Made by a program: the position numbers and the translations under genes. The notes beneath the pieces are model-generated. The model was not told where the DNA came from and ran no database searches. It saw nothing but the letters and a program-made list of their open reading frames with translations. From Eledone cirrhosa (lineage: Eukaryota): DNA of 64,000 nucleotides. The stretch is taken from positions 25,544,001-25,608,000 of the forward strand of contig OZ024762.1 of NCBI GenBank assembly GCA_964016885.1. Reading direction: 5' to 3'. Each line of letters begins with the position of its first letter. Within the stretch, counting starts at the first letter, position 1. Below are positions 39,705 to 53,094 of the stretch, piece after piece.

Positions 39705-40855
39705 TATCTATCTTCGAACCTCGCCGAAGTTAACTTTTCCTTTCAATCTTACGGGGTCGATAAAATATAGTACCAGTAACGTTCTGGCCTTGTGCCTAAA
39801 GTAGAAACAATTATTATACCCAGCGTTGGAGGGTGTTGGATTGGCAGTATCGCTAGAGGGTTGGACGCCATGCTTTGCAACAAAGAGTTACGGCCCTTAA
39901 TGATGTGAGTTAATTTTGCCTTTCATCCTTACGAGGTCAATGAAATAAAGTACCAGTAATACACTGGATTAATTGCTTGACTTGTACCAAAAGTAGAAGT
40001 AATTATTATACACAGGGTTCCACGTCGAGGTTTGCTTTTCCTTTCATGCTTACGGAGAAGATAAAATAAATTATCAGTAAAGCACTGGGGTCGATTTAAT
40101 CAATTTTCCTGCCCCCCCCCCCCCCCCCCCCCCCAAGTGCTGGTCTTATGCTTAAATCAAAAACCATTTTTATTATCATTACTATTATTAGTAGTAGGGC
40201 GGTGGATTCACAGTATCAATTGAGAGTCGGACGCCATGCTTTGCTGCATGGAGTTACGGCCCTTTATGGTCTGAGTTCAATTCCCGGTCAGCTTAATTTT
40301 GACTTTCATCCTTAAGGGGTCGATAAAATAAAGTACCAGTAATGCATTTGGGTAATTGCTGGCTTTGTGCCAAAAGTAGAATCAACTATTGTACCCAGCG
40401 TTTCACGTCGAGGTTGGCTTTTCCTTTCATTCGATAAAATGAAGTACCTGTAATGCACTGGATCGATTTAATCGATTTTCGCCTCCATCAAAATTGCTGG
40501 CCTTTCGCTTAAATCAGAAAGCATATCTATTATCATTATAATCCCGCCGAGGTTTAACTTTGCCATTCATCCGTACGGGGTCGATAAAATAAAGTACCAG
40601 TAATACACTGGATAATTGCTGGCCTTGTGCCAAAAGTAGAAACAATTATTATTATTAATCTCGTGGATTGGCAGTATCGGTAGAGGATCGGACGCCATGC
40701 TTTGACGCATAGAGTTACGGCCCTTGCCATTCTGAGTTCAAATCCCGCCGAGGTTAACTTCGCCTTTCATCCTTACGAGGTCGATAAAATAAAGTACCAG
40801 TAATGCACTGGGTAATTGCTGGCCTTGTGCCTAAAGTAGAAACAGTTCTTATTAT
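39705..40855 (+). mobile_element. Head-to-tail cluster of about 7 SINE family A copies and fragments
   Basis: Repeated GTCGATAAAATAAAGTACCAG core and GGCCTTGTGCC tail; full copy at about 40664-40850. Confidence 0.85.
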
Positions 40856-41038
40856 TAATCTCGACATTCCATTGTCTTTTATTATGAAAATAAATACGAA
40901 CAGACAAAAAACCCGTGAAACATGATGTACTCTTCCTGCTAATATTAAATTCCACGAATTTCAATGAAATATAATCTGTGTTACATATGGCTATATATAT
41001 ATGTATATATATATAAATATAATTATATATATATATAT

Positions 41039-41134
<96 letters not shown>

Positions 41135-41350
41135 GTATATGTGTATTGCATATTTCAATCATAAAATAAAAGTTATTAAAATTATATAGAAAACTTCTTA
41201 TGTGCCATCGGGTGCCGTTTGATTCAAATGAAAAACGATTTAGATAAATATATAAATATAAAAGCACCCCAAAAGATATTAAATTTTAAAAAGAATATAC
41301 ACACACACACATATATATACGCACACACACACATACACACATATATATAT

Positions 41351-41386
<36 letters not shown>

Positions 41387-41500
41387 CTACACACATATAA
41401 ACACACACACACACACACACATATATGTATACACACACAAACACACACATATATATATATATATATATACACACACATATAAACACACATATATATATCT

Positions 41501-41604
<104 letters not shown>

Positions 41605-42013
41605 GGAAACATTTTGAAAAATTTGAAAAAATATTTAAGAGAAAAATTTTCAAGAAAAAACAATTTTTTTTTTTTGAAAATGAAACAAAAATTATAATTT
41701 CATTTTTCGCCAAAATTTTGATCCGTTATTCCATTGTTCCAACATTTCTGTTCTTTTTTTATTTATTTTATGGCTTTATTTCTTTGTTTTATTACCAGAG
41801 GAAATACATTGGTTTCAGAATGGTTTGTCGTTTCGATCACTACATATCAGTTTTATGAAATGTTCCGTGCCTGCAAGCATACTCTCTAATTTTGTATCTG
41901 ATTATATAGGTGTGTGTGTGTGTATGTGTGTATGTGTATCTATGTGTGTATGTGTGTGTGTGTAAGTATGTGTGTGTATGTATGTGTGTATGTATGTGTG
42001 TGTGTGTGTTTAA

Positions 42014-42053
<40 letters not shown>

Positions 42054-42897
42054 GTATGTGTGTGTATGTATCATGCATCCGTGTATGAATGAATGCATGC
42101 CTGTATGTATGTGTGTATGTATGTGTGTGTGTGTGTGTAAGTATGTGTGTGTATGTATCATGCATCCGTGTATGACTGAATGCATGCCTGTATGTATGTG
42201 TGTATGTGTGTGTGTGTGTGTGTGTGTTTAAGTATGTGTGTCTATGTATCATGCATCCGTGTATGAATGAATGCATGCATGTATGTATGTGTGTATGTAT
42301 GCATGTGCGTAAGTATGTGTGTGTAAGTATGTGTGTGTGTATGTATGTGTGATGTGTGTGTGTATATTTATCCGTGTATGTATGAATGCGTGAATGTGTG
42401 TACGTATGTGTGTATGTATGTGTGTATGTATGTGTGTATGTATGAATATATGTCTGCATATGTGCATAAATATTATATACATACATATACTTGTGTGTAT
42501 GTATGTGCGTATGTGTGTATGCATCTATGTGTGTGTATGTATGAATGTGTGTATGTACGTGTGTGTGTATATACGTTTGTTTGTATCTAAGTGTGCATAT
42601 GTATGTATGAATACATATACATAATGTGTGTATGTATGTGCGCATGTTTGTATGTGTATATGTGTATATATGTGTGTATGTATGTGTGTATGTTTGCGTA
42701 AGTATGTATGTGTATGAATGCGTGTATGTATGTGTGTATGAATGAGTGTATGTATGAATGCGTATATGTATGTGCGTGTGTGTGTGTATGTATGTTTGTA
42801 TGTGTCTAACTGTGCGTATATATGTATGTATGAATACATATCTGTATGTATGTATGTATGAATGCATGTCTGTATGTGTGCATCTATATTATATGCA

Positions 42898-43450
42898 TAG
42901 ACTAGCAGAAAACCACTCGTCGGCGGTTTTCTGCTAGTCTATATATCTAAAACAGAGAATGTCTGTCTGTCTGTCTGTCAGCTCACTAAAACTTGAGAAC
43001 CATCCAACCGATTGTTTTCAAACTTTAGACATGTAATATTTATGGTCCTGTGAGTGTTTTGAGCAAAAATTATTTCAAATTTTCAATGCCCTAGGGACCG
43101 CATTAGGTGATTTAGCGTTCTCTCTATATAATTCTTAGTCTTTCTTTTTAGATAGATACATAGATATAACGTTGAGCCCTTATAATATCTGTCTGTATGT
43201 CTGGCTGTCTGCATTACGTCATTATGACGCGCTCAGCGCGATTCCCTCGGCCTCAGTGACCAAAGTCAGTGAAGAGGGGAAGGTAATGTTTCTGTAGCAC
43301 GTGTTTTAGCGTCTATTCACTCTCCCTCTCTCTCCCCCTCCCGCTATCCCCCTCTCGTAGTCTGTCTCTTTCTTTCACTCTCACTCTCTCTCTACGCACG
43401 TGTTTCCACTGTCGGACAGACAGACAGAGAAATTGGTGGTTATATATATA
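42898..43450. mobile_element. Non-autonomous Helitron-like fragments
   Basis: ..CTGCTAG|TCTATATATCTAAAACAGAGAAT(GTCT)n on +. A similar head TATATATAACCACCAATTTCT(CTGT)n on - at about 43410-43450. Confidence 0.55.
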
Positions 43451-43909
43451 AGTAGATATACATAATATATGTGTATGTATGTTTGTATGTATACATGTAT
43501 AGGTGTATATATATGTGTGTATGTATGTATGTGTGTGTAAATATGTATGCACGTGTGTGTGTATGCATGCATGTATGTATCTAAGTGTGCGTATATATGT
43601 ATGTATGAATACATATCTATATGTATGTATCTATGAATGCATGTCTGTATGTGTGCAATATATATATATATATATGTGTATGTGTATGCGTATGAATGAG
43701 TGTATGTATGTGTGCAATATATATATGTGTATGAATGGGTGTATGTGTGTGTGCATATATAACAACAACAATGTTCAATTCCCTAATAGGAAGACATATG
43801 TGCATCTATGCATGTATACAAGTATATATGCAAGTATGTATCTATCTGTAAATGTGCATGCATATAAATATATATGCATATATGTATGTGTAAGTATGCA
43901 TGCAAGCAT

Positions 43910-43941
<32 letters not shown>

Positions 43942-44099
43942 CGTATATATATGTATGTATGCATGAACGTATGTATATATATATATATATATATAAATAT
44001 TATATATATATATATATATATAACGAAGGAAATGTGGTAAGGAACCAGGTGGACCATAACGCACCAAAGTACTCAATACTTGAGGTAGTAGAGTGGGTA

Positions 44100-44210
44100 A
44101 TAGGAACCAGTAAGACCCCGACAGCTGAGCTCAAGCCGTTTCGACGGCTAATTCAGTCCAGAATTAGCCGTCGAAACGGCTTGAGCTCAGCTGTCGGGGT
44201 CTTACTGGTT

Positions 44211-44214
<4 letters not shown>
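44100..44214. repeat. Perfect ~54-bp inverted repeat with 6-nt loop
   Basis: TAGGAACC...GGCTAATTC [AGTCCA] GAATTAGCC...GGTTCCTA; adjoins (TA)n. Confidence 0.95.
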
Positions 44215-44259
<45 letters not shown>

Positions 44260-44268
44260 GCCTGAACG

Positions 44269-44311
<43 letters not shown>

Positions 44312-44368
44312 GTATGCATGAACGTATCTATATCTGAATAAATGCATGGATATATGAAAACTTGAATG

Positions 44369-44399
<31 letters not shown>

Positions 44400-44929
44400 A
44401 CGTAAATATGTAAGTGTATATATACATATAAAATCATGTATTTCTTATTTCTGTTCCATTTCTCTTGTGCATCCATTGCTTTGGATTCATATTCCAAAGT
44501 CTAAGTCACGTGGGGATATTTTCAACCTATCAAACAATAGACATTACACCGCCTAAACCCTCTATTCCTATTTCCTACTTTTTCTAGGCCTCAGTGTCAT
44601 TTTTCTTTGTCAGAACGTTTGACAATAGTCGATATATGTTTTACTATTTATCTCCCTTGGTTAAGTTCCCGCGCAACGTTTCTCTCTCTCCCTTCCTTTT
44701 CAGTTGATGCACTTAGAGTTATAACATGCTTTTTCCCATTTATTCGCCGGTATTTGCGTAAATCGCCAAAAGACACAACACGTCTTCCATCAATCTGTTT
44801 TGTTGCATCCCCATGTGTACTGGAATTAATAGTATCAGTCTTGATATACTGAAACTATAGTGATTTCAAGAGGTTGACTGACGTATAGCAGCTATCCGTT
44901 TTCCCCTTTCATTTCATGTACGCACCCTG

Positions 44930-45012
<83 letters not shown>

Positions 45013-45700
45013 ATGAAGAGAGAAGAAACATTTAGATATAATTAGTAATAAAATGTATCATACCTAAACTGCTTCTAGATTCCTCATGTACTTTTAGCTC
45101 TGATACTGGTTCAGTCTAATCCATTCGGATTGGTTTGTCCAAGTTATTCATAGAGCAACATCGGTTAAGGTTGGCACCATTAACTCAAGGATGGATTTGG
45201 ATATATTCATGTATATGTGTCTGTCCGCATGTATCTGTGTGTTTCTCAATATATTGTATATATATACATATATATATATAAATATATATATAAAATTTCG
45301 GTCTACATGGCTGAATAGATTAAATGTAATCTGAGTTTTTCGAATATTAATTATAACAAATTTTGCTGACCCGTGAATCTGCTAATATGCAGTTCTGACT
45401 GATCACCCATTCTGCTAATATGCAAATCAGGACAATCAGTCACTGCGTATTTTAGAAAATAGCATATATTTTCACTAGATCTGACAGTTTGGCAGGTGAT
45501 CAGTGAGCTGTATTGATGAAGGGTGATACCCAGAAACGTTAGTGTCTGCAGTTCTATTTACATGTAAACATAAGAGTAACAATGAGGGGCTCATTCTCCT
45601 GACATGGCTTTAAACATGAGGTTTGTTTGCACAATTGCAAACGAATCGAATGTTTTTATTAAAATTCGAAAAACTCAGATTGTATTTATTATATATATAT

Positions 45701-45732
45701 ACTAGCAGTATGGCCCGGCGTTGTTCGGGATT
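45701..45732 (-). mobile_element. Helitron-type 3' terminus
   Basis: Minus strand reads CCCGAACAACGCCGGG (hairpin) CCATACTG CTAG T. Confidence 0.55.
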
Positions 45733-45850
45733 TTCTCTAGGGTTCTTATATATTTGATATATATTTATCCTTATCGAGCCTCGTGAAATAAATACGTTTG
45801 TTTATATTTTGTTATTGTGTATGCAAACATATCTGTACACGAATATATAA

Positions 45851-45943
<93 letters not shown>

Positions 45944-46087
45944 TAACAGATTAAAGTTTAAGCAAAGAATCGCTGCTTTCACCTTTAACGGGATCTTCTG
46001 AAACTAAAACAATCAATCTGTGAACGCAGAAGTAAATATTTCGAAAAACGCTACACACACACTATATATATATATATATATATATAG

Positions 46088-47165
46088 GGAAAGCCACCTC
46101 ATGGTACGACAACCAGAGATCCCGGAGTGTCATCTTCGTAGACGCTACCCCTGGAGGGAAATTAGCTAACCAGGTTTAGAAAGGGCCTGAGAAAGACCCA
46201 CTTAAATATTAAAGTGGTAGAAAAGCCAGGAACTACCATAAAATCCCTGATCAGCAAAACATATCCTTTTAAGAAAACCCAGTGTACTAATAGGAAATGT
46301 GTTATATGTAAAGTAAACCCCCGGATAAACTGTAAAATTAGAAGCGTATTCTATAGCATAAGATGTACAGAGGACACTTGCAGAAACATGACAACAAAAT
46401 ACATAGTCGATACATCTCGAAGCATAGGAGAAAGGTTAGACCAACATTGGGGGGAACTAAAGGGACGAAAAAGCGATTCAGTACTATACAAACACGCCAG
46501 ACAACCACATACCGGTAACATAGACAACATAGAAATTAAAATAATATCTAAACATAGAAATGACCCAGCAGATAGGCAAATCAGAGAGGCCAGCGAAATA
46601 GAGCTTAGATGGCCAAAGCTAAACATAAAAAATGAATGGAAAAACAACAACACCCAAACAAACAATACTGACTTAAGAGAAATATAAATAAATAAATAAA
46701 TAAATAAATATATACACAAGCACAATAATAACAAACACATATAAACACACACTAGTAAACTAAGATAGAATACAATAACCAAAACACAGTCACCCAAACG
46801 CGGACACACACCAAACACTATACAAACACGCAAACGCATGCGCAGAGAAGACAAAAATAAATGAATAAATAAACAGATAAAATAAAAATGGCGTAGACAT
46901 ACAATACAACAGGAGGAACATAATAGTACCACTGATGATGTTGCAGATGTGCAACGAAAGACCATTGATAGACTATATGTGTTTGTATCTATATTATATC
47001 TGTATTTTTGACTGTTGGTCAGCCAATGGTAAACATTGAGGACCAAATTAATTAACTATGGAGATATAAAAGAAACAGAAGCGAAAACCAACCAAACAGT
47101 GAGTGTGGTCTGTTATTATTTCTGGCAATATTATTAGAACAATATGACCCTCCCCAAGCAGCATA
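46088..47165 (+). pseudogene. 5'-truncated Penelope-like element, Naiad-type (Cys-rich linker + CCHH GIY-YIG), with 3' non-coding tail
   Basis: IFVDATPGG..KVVEKPG..CTNRKCVIC..C..VFYSIRCTEDTC..YIVDTSRSIGERLDQH..LYKHARQPH..RQIREA..LNIKNEW. HHR-like motif at 46923-46976. (TA)n flanks. Confidence 0.8.
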
Positions 47166-47168
47166 ACA

Positions 47169-47214
<46 letters not shown>

Positions 47215-47289
47215 AACAGTTAAACAAAATTCAATGATACTACTTTGATTAAATCTTAACCATTTAACATCTCGGGCTGTGTCATGTAT

Positions 47290-47346
47290 ATATTTTGTCT
47301 GATGAGGACGTACTGTTGTACATCCGAAATATGTATAAAATAATGT
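47290..47346 (+). ncRNA. Minimal hammerhead ribozyme (GGACGTAC subfamily; stem I 3' strand degraded)
   Basis: ATATTTTGT-CTGATGA-GGACGTAC(TGTT)GTACATCC-GAAA-TATGTA-TA-AAATAATGT. Confidence 0.7.
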
Positions 47347-47386
47347 AATTGATCAAAAGAACATCTAATTTATTAATATTTATATT

Positions 47387-47419
<33 letters not shown>

Positions 47420-47605
47420 CACACACACGCATATATATATATATATATATATATGCATATATACATACACACATATATATATATGTATATATACATATAT
47501 ACGCATTTATATATGCATACATACATACGCATATACATACATTCATATGCATACATATATATACAATATATTAGCAAATGGAAACTATATTTATAAAACC
47601 ATATT

Positions 47606-47671
47606 TATTTAATTATACATATTTCAAGGGCCACCAGAGCAAACTATGGTGCGCTTTCATCAGATAAAATA
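47606..47671 (-). ncRNA. Minimal type I hammerhead ribozyme (AAGCGCACC subfamily)
   Basis: Minus strand reads TATTTTAT-CTGATGA-AAGCGCACCATAG(TTTG)CTCTGGTGGCCCTT-GAAA-TATGTA-TA-ATTAAATA. Confidence 0.8.
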
Positions 47672-47675
47672 TAAT

Positions 47676-47859
47676 TGTTTCTACTTTAGGCACAAGGCCA
47701 GCAATTACCCAGTGCATTACTGGTACTTTATTTTATCGACCCCGTAAGGATGAAAGGGAAAGTCAACCTCGGCGGGATTTGAACTCAGATCGTAAAGGGA
47801 CGTAACTATGCTGGAAAGCATGGCGTCCGACCCTCTACCGATACTGCCAATCCACCGCC
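47676..47859 (-). mobile_element. Full-length SINE family A with 20-bp target-site duplication
   Basis: TSD TTCATCAGATAAAATATAAT at 47656-47675 and 47860-47879. Confidence 0.92.
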
Positions 47860-48010
47860 TTCATCAGATAAAATATAATATAGGTTAGTTTTATAAATAA
47901 ATATTGACATACCTTTAAAAATGCAACCATTCTGGTTGGAATCTCCTGGATAGAATGGTTGCATTTTTTAAGCGTATGTCAATATTTATTTATAAAACTA
48001 ACCTATATTA

Positions 48011-48076
48011 TATTTTATCTGATGAAAGCGCACCGTAGTTTGCTCTGGTGGCTCTTGAAATATGTATAATGAAATA
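48011..48076 (+). ncRNA. Minimal type I hammerhead ribozyme (AAGCGCACC subfamily)
   Basis: TATTTTAT-CTGATGA-AAGCGCACCGTAG(TTTG)CTCTGGTGGCTCTT-GAAA-TATGTA-TA-ATGAAATA. Confidence 0.85.
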
Positions 48077-48272
48077 AATATGGTTTTATAAATATAGTTT
48101 CCATTTGTTAATATATTGTATATTTACTCCAATAATTTGTTGAGTGCTTTATATCAGTTATAAAAATATTTAGCTTGTTGTATCCCAACAAATTAAATGT
48201 AACCTTTACATATAAAAATATATATATATACACATATACATATATATACACATATACATATATACATACATA

Positions 48273-48326
<54 letters not shown>

Positions 48327-48333
48327 CATATAC

Positions 48334-48376
<43 letters not shown>

Positions 48377-48514
48377 CATATACATACATATATACATATA
48401 CATACATACATATATATATATATGTATATACATATACATACATATATACATATACATATATATATATATTAATTCTGGCAATATTACACATATATGACCC
48501 TCCCCAAGTATAAC

Positions 48515-48580
<66 letters not shown>

Positions 48581-48733
48581 TATACATTCATATATATACA
48601 TGTATTTAGAAACATACATATATATACATATATGCGTGTATGTATATCCGTAGATAGATAAATAGATAGATAGATATTGATAGATAGATAAATGTGTGTA
48701 CGTATGTACGTATGTATCTATATATGTACGCAT

Positions 48734-48774
<41 letters not shown>

Positions 48775-49122
48775 CGATAAATATATAGACTCATTTTATC
48801 CAAGCGTCGTAATAAAACCACAATTCTATCCCCCCAGGGATGTTATAATATAATTTTGAACATACTAGATTGATTTCTACAATTACAACTCTTACAAGAA
48901 AATATTAATAGATTTAGAAATTGAATTTATTTCGGAATATTCAATATTGAGTCAATATGGTTCATTCTTAGAAATTCTTTTTGTAGGTTTGCTTTCGTTC
49001 GACGTATATTTATTTTTGTTAATGTATATAATTTTCCGTCATCTAATTTCTATTAGTGTTGTTGTAGCCGTCGTTATTATTATCATTATTATTATTACTA
49101 TTATTATTGTTTTTATTATTAC

Positions 49123-49159
<37 letters not shown>

Positions 49160-49237
49160 TCGTCCAGATATAAATACGGACGGATAATACGATTGACATC
49201 TACATTTATATTATTTTACATTTATTATTTGTTGAAA

Positions 49238-49550
49238 GATGGGTGAGAGAGACAAGGATGGCTCGAGTGAATGGGCCTACTCTGAGTATGTGTCTGTAAA
49301 TTAAAGGTGGAAAACTGGGAGAGGACTCTTGCCCTGGTGGTCAGTGTCACTGTGGCTTTTTAATGGGCTTTCTCCACGAATGTCCCTCGGAAGTCTCCCC
49401 CCTATTGGGGAATTTTTTCATTGTTCTATTATTACATCCTGCTTTTTTGTTTCTTTACACGCAGAAATGCCCTTTTGTACCGTCCTGTATTGTCCTGTAC
49501 TGTCCTTAATGTCTACTTTGTGTAAACCCTTGTGGTTAATAAAGAAAGCA
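49238..49550 (+). mobile_element. 3' end of a third Tx1-type subfamily, within (ATT)n-rich DNA
   Basis: Encodes WVRETRMARVNGPTLSMCL* (compare WVKVARMARVNGPSLYIRL*); 3' UTR ends CTTGTGGTTAATAAAGAAA. Confidence 0.7.
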
Positions 49551-49577
49551 TTATTACCATTATATTATTTTTTATTA

Positions 49578-49615
<38 letters not shown>

Positions 49616-49854
49616 TCCATTGTTGTTTCTGTATTTTTAGTTTAATAATTTCGAGATAATTTATATATAATATTGAAAGTTGTTGATGTGTTGTTGTTAC
49701 AGCTTTTGTTGTTTTGTTGTGGTTTGCTGTTGTTTTTGTTGTTGTATGAGTCTGTGTTTTCTTATCAAACTCGTAAGGCCAAGCTAATGTTTAGGACATA
49801 AATATGATAAAGAAGAAAATCTGACGACATATTTTTTTTTTATGTGGCAGCGTT

Positions 49855-50215
49855 AATAATGGTTTCTGATTTGCGCACAAGGCCAAGAATTTTAAGGAGG
49901 GGGGAAATCGATTGCAGTGGCCCCAGTGCATTACTGGTACCTTATCTTATCGATTCTGTAAGGATGAAAAGCAAAGCTAACCTCGACGGGATTTGAACTT
50001 AAAATACTTCTTTCTATTTTAAATACATTACCATCAATAGTTGAGGGCAGGGGAATGTCGATTTAATTGTCGCCAGTGCTTCCTGGTACTTTATTTATCG
50101 ACCCTCTGAGGATGAAAAGCAAAGCTAACCTCGACGGGATTTGTACTTAAAATAATTGTCTCTGATTTAGATACAATACCAACAATTTGGGGCGGGGGAA
50201 AGTGGATTAAATTTA
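49855..50215 (-). mobile_element. Tandem SINE family A fragments
   Basis: AGGATGAAAAGCAAAGCTAACCTCGACGGGATTTG is repeated. Confidence 0.75.
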
Positions 50216-51211
50216 CATTCCAGCTGGCGAAGCTCACACCTGCTGGTAGCCAACTCTGCGCCGATGGTGTGAGCAGTGAGGTGGCCCTAGAGCCAAGGCC
50301 TACAGAAGTCTCCACTGCCACGGGCTCGACGGTAAACCGACCAAGTGCTTAGAGAACAGTTTTGTCGCTCTACACGTATCTCGGGCAGATCCGTCTGACA
50401 GCATATCCATGCCTGTAGAGTTTATTCCTGACCGGCAATGTTTCTCAACCCTGATAGCAATGCCAGGCTAGAAACTTCTGGAAATTATCTATAGTCCCTA
50501 GGCTGAAAGTCCACTGGAACAGATCAGCCAGTTTGTTCTTGTTGACAACCAGTAAATGACAAATGTGGAAATTCTATGAAGTTTTAGCATAGCGGCAGAC
50601 CACCAAATGCTATTTTTCACCCACCTCACAACTTTAATTTTCTTTTATTTGACCACTGTCCACTTAGAGGTATTTTTATCAGACTTTCATTCTGTCATTG
50701 ACGCCATTTTGATGTTTTGACAGCCATACATGCACACATATGTATATGTACGTATGGGTTTACCGAACATTTATTATAATGTGCGGTTTGTTTGTAAACA
50801 AACAGCCCGAATTAAGCCGTACAGTGTTCGGCAACCATCGTTACCTTTTTGTTCAACACTGACACAGGAACGATGAACCACTTATATTTATATAGATAGA
50901 TATATTGATAGATAGATAGGTGTGTGTGTGGGGGTGGGTGTGTGTAAAAAGTTAACAGAAATAAGAAAGCAAACGACACAGCACATTGAATATATTAATT
51001 TAATGTTTGAAATTACAGGAACAACTCTGACGTTTCGAATACTAGTCGTTCATCAAACGATAAAATGAGAAATAGAAGATAAATTAGAAAGATAAAAAGA
51101 TAGAAGACGAAGGGGCTGAAAAATGAAAAAATAAATGAGATAATAAATAAGAAAAAGTACACGTGCGTACTCAGTCAGCCATTTTCTATCTCTATGTATA
51201 TATAAAGTATG

Positions 51212-51243
<32 letters not shown>

Positions 51244-51477
51244 AGGGGAGAGAGAGAGAGATATTATGCGTAGATGTGTGTGTAAAGAAGAGAGATGTAC
51301 TCTGATATTAAAAGAGTGCCAGATATTCCAAGAGCGGATGTGTAAAGATGAAGTGTAGACAACATAACGGTCACGTATATATATTCTGTTCATATATAAT
51401 ATACCTTTATATACTTATATATATATATATATATCAAATGCCATCATGTTGCTGTATGTATATAGATATAAGTAGGC

Positions 51478-51564
<87 letters not shown>

Positions 51565-52296
51565 ATTTAAAGTTTACACTCAAGGGGTCATTTACAATTA
51601 ATATAAATTAATATATGATAAACACTTACGTAAGTGTTTATCATATATTAATTTATATTAACTTGTATATATATATATATATATTTCATATATATATATA
51701 TATTTCATATATATATATATATTTCATATATATATATATAGTCCTTCAGTCTACTTTTTCACAGAACTTATGTTCACCGAATTCAGAGACTAGACTCCTT
51801 CTTCCTCCCGTTTGACCTGTGCGGAATTCCTTCCTTGCTCACATGTCGACTAGGTTTGATGGTCTTTATTCTCTCTCGTTAACGATTTCACCGAACTTAT
51901 ATTCATAGAAATCTGGGACTTGACTCTTTCTTCCTCACTTTTCGTTGCATTACCATATTTGATTGTCTACAGTCTCGCTCTTTCCCCTTATTTACGTGTC
52001 CCAACCACTTTCTTTAGCCGTTGCTCGCACCAACCGGAGGTATATGGTCTTTAAAGCGATGAAATACCAATGAAGGTTGGAAGATCACTGATGAAGGACT
52101 AACTTTATTCATATGTAACCCATTTGCAACCACGCAGCACGTTTGTTTTTATATATATATATATATATATATATTTGATATTTTTTATCCATAACATCTC
52201 TGTCTGACGACCGCTCCAAACGTATATTATCATTGTCTGGGATCCAGAAACCTTTGGTAAAGGAGTAGTTATATTTTGTGTTGTTTACTTTCTAAC

Positions 52297-52334
<38 letters not shown>

Positions 52335-52937
52335 CGCGTGTGTAAATGGTAAACAGAAATAATAACACAATCGGTACAGTATATGGAAGGGATATATTAG
52401 GTTAACGCTTGGTTAATTAGGTTAATAGCAGGAAGAGGGTCTTAACGTTTCGTCAAGAATGAGAAATAAGATAGATTGAGAGGACGGGCGGGTTGGAATA
52501 GGATAAAATGTCGTTAGATTAACAAGCCCATTCATGTTGACATCTCTTGCAAAACTGTTGGTGCTGGCGTTGTGTGTTTGATTTTGTGTATGATATTATT
52601 TTAAAAGTGGATGATGGAGCGCGTATTTATATAAAGGTTATTCTAATATATTTCTTCAATGTACTGTATCGTCTGCTTAATTATTTATGTTTATTTTTAC
52701 ATACATAAATATGTATGTAAAGTTTTTACATACGTAAATACATACATACACACACATACACAGTATATACATATATATGCATACACACACACACAGTATA
52801 TATATACATAGACACACACACAGTATATACATATATATACATACACACAGTATACACATATATATACATACACACACACAGTATATACATATATATGCAT
52901 ACGCACACACAGTATATACATATACCTACATACCCAC

Positions 52938-52989
<52 letters not shown>

Positions 52990-53016
52990 CGTGTATTTGT
53001 ATTCTTAAAAGGTCTG

Positions 53017-53058
<42 letters not shown>

Positions 53059-53094
53059 ACATACAAGTCATATTTACATCTACACATTTTACAC

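Larger units (their letters stand above)
47560..48122. repeat. Large palindrome with an outward-facing HHR in each arm; left arm interrupted by a SINE
   Basis: 47860-47932 is the reverse complement of 47951-48027; 47560-47675 is the reverse complement of 48007-48122. Confidence 0.9.

Noticed and set aside
41605-41905. Possible DNA-transposon subterminal sequence (also TACGAGGG at 39614)
   Set aside because: No partner terminus, TSD or transposase seen.
45505-45545. HHR-like TTGATGA-AGGGT(GAT)ACCCA-GAAACG (similar at 51025-51060 on -, 22139-22176 and 52195-52270)
   Set aside because: Core mutated or stem I poor; not listed as ribozyme features, at most decayed relics.
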